From contig NW_013546389.1 in NCBI RefSeq assembly GCF_000760515.2, forward strand, positions 1 through 38,281: a stretch of DNA of 38,281 bases, written 5' to 3'. The notes under the pieces were generated by a model. It was given only the letters and a program-made list of their open reading frames with translations, made no database searches and was not told where the DNA came from. Of the stretch, positions 1 through 10,917 are shown piece after piece. This DNA comes from Mitosporidium daphniae (Eukaryota). Made by a program: the position numbers and the translations under genes. Position 1 is the stretch's first letter; every line of letters begins with the position of its first letter.

Positions 1-59
1 ATCGACTGTTCTGCATTAGAATATCTGGTTTTATCGACTGTTCTGCATCAGAATGTCTG
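1..59. repeat. Imperfect direct repeat, 2 copies of a 27-bp unit with 32-bp period (may continue left of the window)
   Basis: atcgactgttctgcattagaatatctg at 1-27 and atcgactgttctgcatcagaatgtctg at 33-59, with 2 mismatches. Confidence 0.85.
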
Positions 60-240
60 CCCCAAGTGAAGAAAGAGATAGTTATTTTGAAGTCCAGCCT
101 GAACTTAAACTTGGCCAATTTTTAACGTCAGAGTGTGGGGTGACATGGACGTTCCATCTGATGGGGTTCGTAACCCTATTCTTAAATTAAATTTTGCAAA
201 TCAATAAAAAGCACAAATTTATTTACAAGAAACAATAATT

Positions 241-608
241 ATGTCTGATGCCTCTGCTTCTCTAGTTCCCTCTGATTCGCGCAAGCTGCGGGCCTGCTTG
301 CTATGTTCGCTTGTTAAAGTAAAAAAGCTTGCTTTTACTTCTAGTCTGCATTACAATTTCGTAAAGATGGGTGTGAAAATTGTGAACCAATCCTCAGGAT
401 CAAAGGCTCTGCCGATAGGGTGTCGGAGTGTACGACGGCACAGTTCCACGGCCTTGTAGCGTTAATGAGACCAGGTGAATCTTGGGTTTCTCGTTGGCAG
501 CGAATCCCGGATACTGTCACTCAAGGTATATATGCGATATCGGTTACAGGATCCCTACCAGACGCTGTTTTGGATCTTCTCGAAAGGAGAGGTGTAACTT
601 ATAAATAA
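241..608 (+). CDS. SPT4: Transcription elongation factor Spt4 (exons 241-318, 345-608)
   Basis: Removing the GT-AG intron 319-344 (26 nt) joins LRACLLCSLVK to SALQFRKDGCENCE...ECTTAQFHGLVALMRPGESWVSRWQ...GIYAISVTGSLP. This gives the Spt4 CxxC..CxxC zinc ribbon and SWVxRWQ motif. Confidence 0.95.
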
Positions 609-730
609 TAGACCCTTACTGGTCCTTGTCGGGATTTTCAGAACTTTATCCAAGTTCCTCCATCGAGTTCTTAAGCATTTGGCTGCTTTTGATTGGATTA
701 ATATAATGAACGCCTTGCAATGGGTTTATT

Positions 731-2909
731 TCAATTCATTAATAGAAGGGAAAGAGGATGGGAAGAGGAATCAGAAAGAAAATCTAAAATTTCATTTGAA
801 AGGGACTCGACCCCATTGTTGAAGAGAGAAATTTTCAAATACGCGCAATATATTAAAGCTGCACATAGCCCAAGAATGGCGGCAGTCAACGTGCTTGCCC
901 TTCCTGAGCGGAAAAAATACTGAAGCATGCAACCGACGGCAAGAGCTGAAAACGAAAATGCTGGCAAGTAATAGTGTAAATATAAAAGCTTCGTACGGCA
1001 AAGAAAGTATGGTAAATAGTGAAAGGCCCAGGCTCCAAGCGGAAGAAATAACAAGGTCTCCTTGGAGCTTTTAAAGCAAACCAGGAGGGCAAAAAGAGAT
1101 ACCATAAGTGCAAGCACACATAAAATCCATGCAAGCGGGTTTCCAATAAGATAAATGTGCTTATTTAAGTAGATATCATCCCAAAAAGACACTCCTTTGT
1201 TAATCCCAGGATGCAATGGCCACGATATCGGGTCAGATGCGGCAGGATGATTTCCATCAAGTAGCATGTTGAACTTGTAAAATAGGATTTGATGTTCTAC
1301 AAATTTGAGCCAAAATGACCTCGTCTTTGGACTTTCGCCGCGTCGATAGGTCTCCGGATACATGCTCCAACAAGATCGATCTGGAGGGTGACCTGAAAGC
1401 AAAACTTTGGAGCTGCTGCTAATTTCCCTTTGATAGCGTCCCCATTCTGGAAGATTTCGTTCAAAATCAATAAGAACGGTGCCGGTGACATTGTTTACAA
1501 TTTTAAAGATAAACGACTTTGAAGAAACAGGCAAAGAAACATTTAAAAGTTTCCAGACGCAATGCGGGTTAAATTTATCCTTTGTAGTGGTCACCTCCAT
1601 GTTGGTTAATGTCAAAGGAGAGGCGACATCGTGTGTTAAAAGATACGAGTCGGTCTTTGGATGATAAATATTAGCGAAAAGGTCGCCATTTGCTTCACCA
1701 GACACAAAATTTAAAACCCAAACAGAATCGCCGGACGGACTTTCCAATGAGCTAGTTCCAAACACTGCAGTCCCGCCGCTGCTAACTTTGCCATCCAAGT
1801 GAATTTGTGGGTACGACCTTCCATCAGCAGCAAGGCAGACCGGGATATATTTTGAATAGGAACATAGTTTAATAGGATGGCCGACTAAGGGTATAAAAAA
1901 ATTAGATACATCTCAAAGATAGTGTTGAATCGGAATCGGAAGCAGCCAAAGTGGATTGGAAGCTAGGAGACATCCAAACAGAACCTGGACCGTTTTTTGT
2001 CAGGATCGACAAATGGATGTAATGCACAAACGTGTAAACGACCAGAGAAATCGAGAAAAGAAACATGGTAATTTTGGAGGCGATTTTATAGCCAAAGGCT
2101 TTCTTCGTAAAAAGAAATGAATTGGTTAGAACAAAGGCAACGGTGGCCAGCCCCAAAACCTTGGTACTTGCAGCAAGGCCAGCAAATACACTTGACATGC
2201 ACAAATTCACCAAACAGGATGGTTGCTTGCTAGTATGAAGGAAAAGAACGGTGCATACTTTTGGACAACATTTGCGTTTACTAGAAAATAAAAGGACACA
2301 AACGCAAGGAAAATAAAAGGACCATCTGCAAGCATATATCTGCATGATAGCATCAACGAGTTGTCTAAGGTAAGAGCCACATGGTACCGAAAAGCAGAAT
2401 AAAACAAGCAGAAAAAGCGAATGGCGACGAAACACCCAATTTCCTCAAAGTTATAAAGGCTAGTGGGATCAATAAACATCCCAACAGTGAGCTTAGTGAT
2501 CTAAATGCCACTATGGGAAATCTTCCGGCTTTGTATGACTGGCCGATTGATGTGAACGGGAAAGAACCATCATATCCGATGATGACCGCTATTCCGTAAT
2601 ACAGCAATTTAGCAAGCGGCGGTACGATGTCAAAAAAATATGTACTGGCGACGTAATTATTCAAAAAAGTTCCAAAATGAACTTCATCAAACCTATAATT
2701 ACAAGAGCAGCGTACACCGTATCGAAAGGAACACTAATAAACCTAAATCTCGTAAAACAAGAGGGCAAAAAAAGCAAAAAAATGAAAAAGCAGTCATAGC
2801 GATCCAGGTGTCCGGGGGAAGCAGAAGTAGATGCGGAAAGTTTATAAATGGCCTCCTCTTTGGGGCTAGCCGTCGATTTATTGTCGCTTGTGTCTGGATC
2901 CGATTGCAT
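731..2909 (-). CDS. Dolichyl-phosphate-mannose:protein O-mannosyltransferase (PMT family, GT39), 4 introns
   Basis: GT-AG introns at 2693-2715 (23 nt), 2365-2387 (23), 2230-2258 (29) and 1885-1909 (25) restore TVFDEVHFG..YFFDIVPPLAKL, FDNSLMLSCRYMLAD and a MIR-like middle region. The C-terminus has SDPISWP, IYLIGNPLAW, HYLPYF and LYLHYYLPA. ATG at 2909. Subfamily not assigned. Confidence 0.9.
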
Positions 2910-2973
2910 CTTTGAAAGATGAAAAGTCACTTGAGATTGATCTTAATCAATTACAAATTAAAAAAAGCCTTCA

Positions 2974-3064
2974 GCGCGCGGTGTTGTTTCCATAGCTTAG
3001 TTGGTTGGCACGTGGTGGTGGCAGCTTCAAGGCTGCTGGTTCGATCCCAGCTGCGTGTGTTTTT
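2974..3064 (+). pseudogene. tRNA-like element (degenerate tRNA gene or tRNA-derived Pol III element)
   Basis: A-box TAGCTTAGTTGG at 2993 and a perfect T-arm GCTGG-TTCGATC-CCAGC at 3035-3051, at canonical tRNA spacing, followed by TTTTT. The D stem and the in-register acceptor stem do not pair properly. Confidence 0.5.
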
Positions 3065-3166
3065 CTGCCTATCCCCAAATCGGGCCAGATCAATGTATAT
3101 GTGGGCTTGTTTACTTTTAAGTCGTATCAATCAGCTCGCAGATGTATTTTTCTCCCTCCCCCCATA

Positions 3167-4327
3167 ATGTCTTCGCACTATAATGTTCTGCCTATATACC
3201 ATGACCATTTTAGGCCAGGACAGAATATTTTCTTCGTCCGTAAAGGGAATAATCTCCCCTCATTTAACAATCTTTTCTTTAGCCCTATATTTAAAAAGTG
3301 TGCCCTAGTAGTGGCCATCTTTTTTCTTGTTGGATATTTCATATACCAAGATATAGAAACACAAAACATCATCCCAGCTGCTGTGGAGTCCGCATCTGCT
3401 AGCCTTTCTTACCGCACTGCGTCTTCTTCTGAAGAATCGGCAAACACCAATGCTCCCTCATCTCAAAAGATTGCCATCGTTACTTATTTTACGAAGGATA
3501 ATAATGCCCAGAACCTAAAAAAACGATCGTTCCCCAATTTCAAGCAATATGCTGAGAAGTTTGGATATGACGTCGTTGATGTGTTGGACGATCCCGTTAT
3601 TCTCTCTTTCTACGAAAAGGAATTTAAGCCAAAGTACAAATCGCTTCATTACTTGAAATTTTTCGCGATGTCATACATGCTTCCAAAATATGACTGGGTT
3701 ATGTGGGCCGATGGGGATTCTCTTTTTTTAAACCAGTCAATTCCACTGACAACTTTTACTGAAAACACGCCGTTTGATGCCATTTTTACGGTCAATCCGC
3801 TGATTGAGTCTCCTTGGGCACGTATAATAAATGCTGGGCACTACTTTCTTCGAAATTCCCCTTGGACCGTGACCAACTTTCTTCCCCTCGCCCAAAAGAT
3901 GGCATTATCTTGCACCGATTTTTTTAAAGAAACCGGATTGAAGATCCCGGCTCCCCTTAATGAAGTTTTTGAAATATGTAACCAGGACACTGGTGAATGG
4001 TGGAGTGAAGATCAAGGTGTCCTCCAATATCTTTTGGACGAAGCCCCTACCTCTTTCCAATGTCACGTCCAGAGAAGAGGCTTTCGCGATTTCAACTCAG
4101 AATACCCTTGGTACGGCGACGGTGATCTTGTCCTGCATTTTCCAGGAACCACTCCGAATGAAAGACTTGAGCTTATGGATTTGGTGCTAAGAAACGCTAA
4201 TTTTACCACCGGGGTTGTTGATAGGGCTGGTCCCGGTCTTGACGAGTTGGCCCCAGTGTTCAATGAAAGAAACGTTGCTGGAATGTACGATGAATTCTAT
4301 TCGTTTTTAAATTCTCCTTGTAAATAG
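3167..4327 (+). CDS. Type II membrane glycosyltransferase, GT34 (GMA12/MNN10)-like
   Basis: Single N-terminal TM (CALVVAIFFLVGYFIY), Ser-rich stem, YAEKFGY, YDWVMWADGDSLFLN (DxD), INAGHYFLRNSPW, EDQGVL and GDLVLHFPG. First ATG at 3167; the ORF-track start at 3005 is a TTG inside the tRNA-like element. Confidence 0.8.
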   Translation: MSSHYNVLPIYHDHFRPGQNIFFVRKGNNLPSFNNLFFSPIFKKCALVVAIFFLVGYFIYQDIETQNIIPAAVESASASLSYRTASSSEESANTNAPSSQKIAIVTYFTKDNNAQNLKKRSFPNFKQYAEKFGYDVVDVLDDPVILSFYEKEFKPKYKSLHYLKFFAMSYMLPKYDWVMWADGDSLFLNQSIPLTTFTENTPFDAIFTVNPLIESPWARIINAGHYFLRNSPWTVTNFLPLAQKMALSCTDFFKETGLKIPAPLNEVFEICNQDTGEWWSEDQGVLQYLLDEAPTSFQCHVQRRGFRDFNSEYPWYGDGDLVLHFPGTTPNERLELMDLVLRNANFTTGVVDRAGPGLDELAPVFNERNVAGMYDEFYSFLNSPCK

Positions 4328-4539
4328 TAAAAATAACCTGTGCTCTTCAACTCGCCGTATCCATCGCCACTTGATCGCGCAATTAAACGGGTGATCTAAA
4401 TCATTGATAAAATATAAAAATTGACGTAATTCTTAGATGTGCCGTGGATGTTAAACTCATCACCACGGCTTGCGTGATCAAATTTTGGGTGGATTTGTTT
4501 ACCAGATAAACTCTTTGATGAATTCATTTTGACCGCAAA

Positions 4540-5300
4540 ATGCCGTCAAATCATCTTAACCTACCCGTGTGTCTTGACCGCTTAGGGCAGGACAGAACAT
4601 TTTCTCCATTCGTAAAGGGAAACAATTGTTCTTCATTCAAGGATGTGTTCTTTAACTCTGTATTTAAAGGCTGTGCTTTACTGGCGACTATATTTGCCGT
4701 GTCTGAATATTTCATGTGCTCAAACACACCAATGCAGAGGATCCCGTTGTTGTGTCCTTCTATCAAAACGAATCCGGCTCTAAAGCAGAGCTCGCCATTT
4801 TATTTTGTATTTTTTTTTGCCGTTCCAGAATATCACTGGGTTATGTGGGCCCATTGTGATTCTTCTTTTGAAATCAGCCGATTCCGTGGGAAACTTTTGG
4901 TGAAAACAATCGATTGACATCGCTTCACGATCCACTTTGAGTTTGCTACTGACGGTTGGGCTGGGATATTAAATTTTGGCCATTTCTTTCCCAGAAATTG
5001 AGCTTGTACTCATACAGAGCTCCTTCATCGCGCTACGAAGATGGATGTATCTTTTAGGCTTTGCTTCCACCAAACCGGATTCAAAATTTCCCCGCATACT
5101 AACGTTATTCCGCCAATACGAACCTGACACGATGATGCATGGTGACTCGGGATGAGGGACCAGCACATATTTCATTTTCTTTTGGAACATCCCCTAACTC
5201 CTTTTAATGTGACATGCAGCAAAAATGGCTTTGTGCTTTCACCTCGGAATACCCTTGGTATGGTGCGCTTTATTCCTCTTTAAACATGCCTTGCGACAAA
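4540..5300 (+). pseudogene. Decayed tandem duplicate of the upstream GT34-like gene
   Basis: MPSNHLNLPV..KGNNCSSFKDVFFNSVFKGCALLATIF aligns with MSSHYNVLPI..KGNNLPSFNNLFFSPIFKKCALVVAIF. PEYHWVMWAHCDS aligns with PKYDWVMWADGDS. gaatacccttggta recurs near 5248 and 4100. The copy has deletions, frameshifts and stops. Confidence 0.8.
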
Positions 5301-5319
5301 TAAACATCTCCATTTGCAC

Positions 5320-5967
5320 CTATTTGTGGTGCCAAACTTGAATGTCATCGCCTGATTGCGAAATTTTATATTGTAAAGAAAAAGGGAGGCTATTTTTTAA
5401 AGAGACATCGGTTAATGAGAAGCCAGAAGCGTCACAAAAAAGACCAGCAGAAACGGATATTTTTCCATCGGCTGAGGAAGAATAGCCAGAAGGGAGAGGT
5501 GCAATATTTACATGAATAGCCGAATGATACATTGCCCATTTACGCAAGAAATTTTCCTCCAAAACAGGCTGCGGAAATGGCAGTAGAAAGGTATCGCAGC
5601 GAGACTTTCTGATCATTTCCGATAGATGGTCTACATACAATGCAATGATGACATATTCATCGATCCCAATAGGACCTTCGTCAACATTTTCTTCGTCAAA
5701 AATGAGAACCCTTTTTTCATGTTGCGTTAAGAAGGAAACTATGGTCGACTTTTCTACAGGAGAAAGCTTTCCCTTGATAATCAATAGCTTCTTGAGAGTG
5801 GAGGAAAGAATATATTTGGCCAGATGGAGGACAATATGAGACCCATCCGCCTGAAAATGGTCCGTTATCAGCGTCAGAAAATGTGGTTTTTCTTGGTCAG
5901 GTGATGTTGGAGATTTTGCAAACTGAAGAGTGGTAAACAGCCATTCAATAGGATGGGTGGCATTCAT
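5320..5967 (-). CDS. ELP6: Elongator complex subunit Elp6-like protein
   Basis: LTLITDHFQADGSHIVLH, HVNIAPLPSGYSSSADGKISV and terminal LQYKI resemble the Elp6 motifs DGSFLVHH, L.TGF..DV.G.L and .QYKI. Confidence 0.65.
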   Translation of the reverse strand: MNATHPIEWLFTTLQFAKSPTSPDQEKPHFLTLITDHFQADGSHIVLHLAKYILSSTLKKLLIIKGKLSPVEKSTIVSFLTQHEKRVLIFDEENVDEGPIGIDEYVIIALYVDHLSEMIRKSRCDTFLLPFPQPVLEENFLRKWAMYHSAIHVNIAPLPSGYSSSADGKISVSAGLFCDASGFSLTDVSLKNSLPFSLQYKISQSGDDIQVWHHK

Positions 5968-6059
5968 TGATGGGTGGATTAATTAATTTGCTAATTTGTT
6001 GGCTGGTTGACTGGTGCGGGTTAGTTAAATAAATTTTAATTTTAATTAAAATACAACTT

Positions 6060-7541
6060 TCAAAGCCACAGCAGTATAGGAGCCATATTAGCGATCACGG
6101 AACTTGCATGCGATTCTAAAATCTCCGCATTAGAGGGATTGTTGGTATCGACCTCCAGAGTTGCTCTCTCCAAGCAGTTTACGATAGCCTGTAGACATCT
6201 AAGAGAAAGTGGATAGCGAGAATCGGCCGCATGCTTCCAAAGAAAGATGGTCCTAGAAGGAGCAAAGTCCAATGTTCGCGGAACCTCCTATTTTAGGGTT
6301 AGGGCCAAATAATTACTTGAATCGAGACAAAGCCGTTCTTGTGCAGCTGAAAGAGCCTTTCTCTGACATCCTTTAAAGAAAGCATGGCAAATTTGGAAAT
6401 CTGCTTTTCTTCCAGCAGCTGTTTGAGCCCGAGAAGCCGAAATATCCTAAGAGAATTATCACCAAATCTATCTTGGATGTATTTTTCGCAGAGGAGCGTT
6501 TTCGAGGCTCGTTTCATTGCATTTAAATTTAGCCCCACTGACAACTCAGACTCGTCCTTATGCCTATGAAGAATATCCATTGAAGAATCAATCATCAGCA
6601 ATATGAGGGACGTAATATTGGGAACAATTGAGGACGAGGTTGCCGGCCCCTGGGTGCTCTGTCCAACTTTAACGGAAGAAGCATCTGGGGACAGATTCTG
6701 AACGATCTCAAATAGCGTGATACGTGTCGAGGAAATGGCGACGCTACTGCTTTCCAGTTTGTCCAAAATGATCTTCATTATGGCCCCGGCAGATTGGTGG
6801 ATCCGGGTAGAGAAGAAATCTATCAGCCAGCGAGACTGGAATCGGAAGCGAAACAGGTCCCAATTGACATGCAACACTGGCGAAAGCGTCACCTTGATAC
6901 GTTTTGCTACGGAAGACGGCTCCGAAGGATGTATTTGTGAATAAATCATCATTGCATATTCGTCATTGCCTGTGACTTGCGGTCTTTTCTTGTCCTTTGC
7001 TAATGCAAAGGCGGCCTTTTTTTCGTCCTCAGCAGATGGGTCGTCATTGCTATCACATTTCAAAAATCCAGCAGCAACGAGACACTCGAGGTGTTGACGG
7101 CTGGAAGGCCCCTCTTCTGTGGTCAGAATGCTTCCCCCATTCATGATGGTTCTGATGAACAGAGAGAGAGCATCTTGTGAAAGCGAGGCTTCTGTGTGCA
7201 GCTGGACTTCTTCAATGATCAGTGGATGCAGAAGATGCTCAATAACTCCCTGTCGGGATAGCGAGTAAAATATCTGCGTCGATGCTCCTGCAGAGGAAGA
7301 CGAGCGAGGAGCGATGAAGCGCTGGCTGGTCAAAACCAAAAGCGCCTCTTTAATTTTCTTAATGGAATGGCCTAATTGCAGGCCCTGCACTAAAGAGCCA
7401 ATCGTTTGAGGCCCTCTTGCAGCGATGAATGATCCGACGGTCTAAGGAAAAGTTACAATTGCCGTGACGAACCTGGACAATTTCTCCAAAGGGCCGCAGT
7501 TGGAGGGTGACCAGTCTTGTATACAAAAGCGACTCCTCCAT
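6060..7541 (-). CDS. RPC82: RNA polymerase III subunit RPC3 (Rpc82/POLR3C), 2 introns
   Basis: Introns 7442-7472 (31 nt) and 6288-6316 (29 nt). Motifs FGEIVQTVGSF..RG, VNWDLF and the C-terminal RFGDNSLRIFRLL..KQLLEEKQISKFAMLSLKDVRERLFQL..GFVSIQEVPRT..APSRTIFLW. Confidence 0.9.
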
Positions 7542-7601
7542 TAAAAATTAAAATTTATTTGTTGGCGATCTCCATCATAACTTAGGTATGCACTTTGGAA
7601 C

Positions 7602-8384
7602 TTAGTGGTTCATCATATTTTCCATGGAAGAGCTATCGACTCCGGACATGGAACGCATCACATTGGTTCCCTTCATCTGTATTTTGAATATACCCTCGAT
7701 CACGGAGAGCTCTGTGGTTGTGGTATCGAGTCCCGCCACGGCAGTCCAGTCGTTGGCCACAAGACCTGCAGAAATAACATCAGACCCCCTGTTGACAGTG
7801 CCAGCTACGAGGGGAACTTGCAATAGCGATGCAAGCTCCTCCTGTTCTGCGATAGTTGTTCTTGGGTGGATCAATCCGCCCTGGTTGGTGAGGACGCAAT
7901 AGGAGCCCACAAGCACCTGTTGGGCAACGGTTTGCCTGAAAACTTCTATTCCCAAAACATCGGCAATAAGCTCCTCCGTTGTCCGATCCAGATCGGGGTG
8001 CACAAGCCCAACATAGTCATTGCAGGCAATCACATTTCCCAATGCAGAAAGCCGCTCCTCCACCCGTTGGATTTGAATCTTTTCAGGAAGAGAGAGACGG
8101 AGGAATTGAAGCTCTTGGTCGGTTGTTGAATTGGGAACTAATAGCCCGCGACTGTTGCCGACAACAAGTCTTCCGATGACACGAGTCCCTGCAATGGAGC
8201 AGTGAATGACGGGCATATGGTCCCTCAATTGGCCCTCAAACACACTATAGAAGTTCTCTGCGGAACCAATGGCAGTGAGGCAATAGCTATTTGTCAGTTT
8301 TGCAAACACACCAACATCGTTTCTGTTCTCAAACTGGGTTCCTAACGGGAAAAGTTATCATAATTCCATCATACTTAGGGCCAT
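7602..8384 (-). CDS. TIF6: Translation initiation factor eIF6 (exons 8384-8375, 8341-7602)
   Basis: Intron 8342-8374 (33 nt) gives [25 protein letters not shown]. Near-canonical eIF6 motifs follow: [16 protein letters not shown] and [14 protein letters not shown]. Confidence 0.97.
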
Positions 8385-8525
8385 GGATTAAAAANTAAAA
8401 AAAGTAAAATGTGAACTTTAAGGTTACAAACTCAAGTCTACAAGTGCTGATTTACTGGGCACAAAGAGCACGTGCGACCGGGCATCTCCATGCCAATTAC
8501 AATGTAGCTCGCCATTTGCCATTCT

Positions 8526-8764
8526 TCAAGAGTCCTGCTGTGCATTGCAAAGCGATGCCTGCATCAGCGTAGTCAAAAGACCGATACTGCTCTCCACGCT
8601 GCGCAGCTTGTCTCCAAGCAGAAGAACGGCTTGATTTATGCCTACAACCTGCTCATTAAACTAGAGGTTGCAAATATGGCGGCATTTACCTTTTGAATTT
8701 GGCCCAGAGCAAGCCGCATGTCTCTATTTGAAGTGTTGCAGTTGATGCTACCCGAATCTTCCAT
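8526..8764 (-). CDS. DAD3: DASH/Dam1 kinetochore complex subunit Dad3-like, 69 aa (exons 8764-8690, 8660-8526)
   Basis: Not in the ORF track. Intron 8661-8689 (GTAAAT..CTAG, 29 nt) gives MEDSGSINCNTSNRDMRLALGQIQKFNEQVVGINQAVLLLGDKLRSVESSIGLLTTLMQASLCNAQQDS. The C-terminal LRSVESSIGLLTTLMQASL matches the Dad3 pattern (L/M)R..E.K..LV.TLLK(A/G)SV. Confidence 0.7.
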
Positions 8765-8821
8765 GAAGCGTTGAAAATTTTGCCAGCAGGCTAAATTTAA
8801 AGTTTTATTTGTGGAAAGCCC

Positions 8822-10716
<1,895 letters not shown>

Positions 10717-10803
10717 TCAATCAATTTTAAATTTAAATTAAACGACAAGATTTTTACGCCGAACTTGTGTTTAATTTTGCCAACTTGATTAGAAAAGATT
10801 AAA

Positions 10804-10917
10804 ATGGAAAATTTGTCATACTTACTCATTAGCATCAGTTTGCACTGCGTTTTATGCTTCAACCAATCGCCAGATATAGTGTGGAGTCCGTTTTTTTACT
10901 TCTTGAAAAAGTGTTAA
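10804..10917 (+). promoter_or_regulatory. Candidate upstream ORF (37 aa) ending in a TAATG overlap with a bZIP ATG
   Basis: ATG at 10804 stays open to TAA at 10915-10917, whose last A is the A of the in-frame bZIP ATG at 10917. It overlaps the ATG at 10854 out of frame. Whether it is transcribed is unknown. Confidence 0.35.

Noticed and set aside
161..180. Hairpin ATGGGG-TTCGTAA-CCCTAT as a tRNA T-arm
   Set aside because: It lacks the A58 of the GTTCGA consensus, and no A-box or cloverleaf was found upstream.
590..711. An extra 18-20 nt intron extending the SPT4 C-terminus
   Set aside because: It would be shorter than any other intron here, the unspliced frame already reaches the family's usual end region (GVTYK), and the extensions resemble nothing known.
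3005..3166. ORF-track N-terminal extensions from TTG/GTG starts (GT34 3005, PMT 2930, PLD 18011, RRP5 21620, transporter 33651)
   Set aside because: These are artefacts of bacterial-style start calling. Downstream ATGs fit conserved or paralogous N-termini better.
6288..6316. TTAGGGTTAGGG at 6293-6304 as a promoter telo-box
   Set aside because: On the minus strand it lies inside the 29-nt RPC3 intron, where CCCTAAC is adequately explained as the branch point.
8395..8395. Ambiguous base n upstream of eIF6
   Set aside because: Assembly uncertainty in an A-rich run, not a biological feature.
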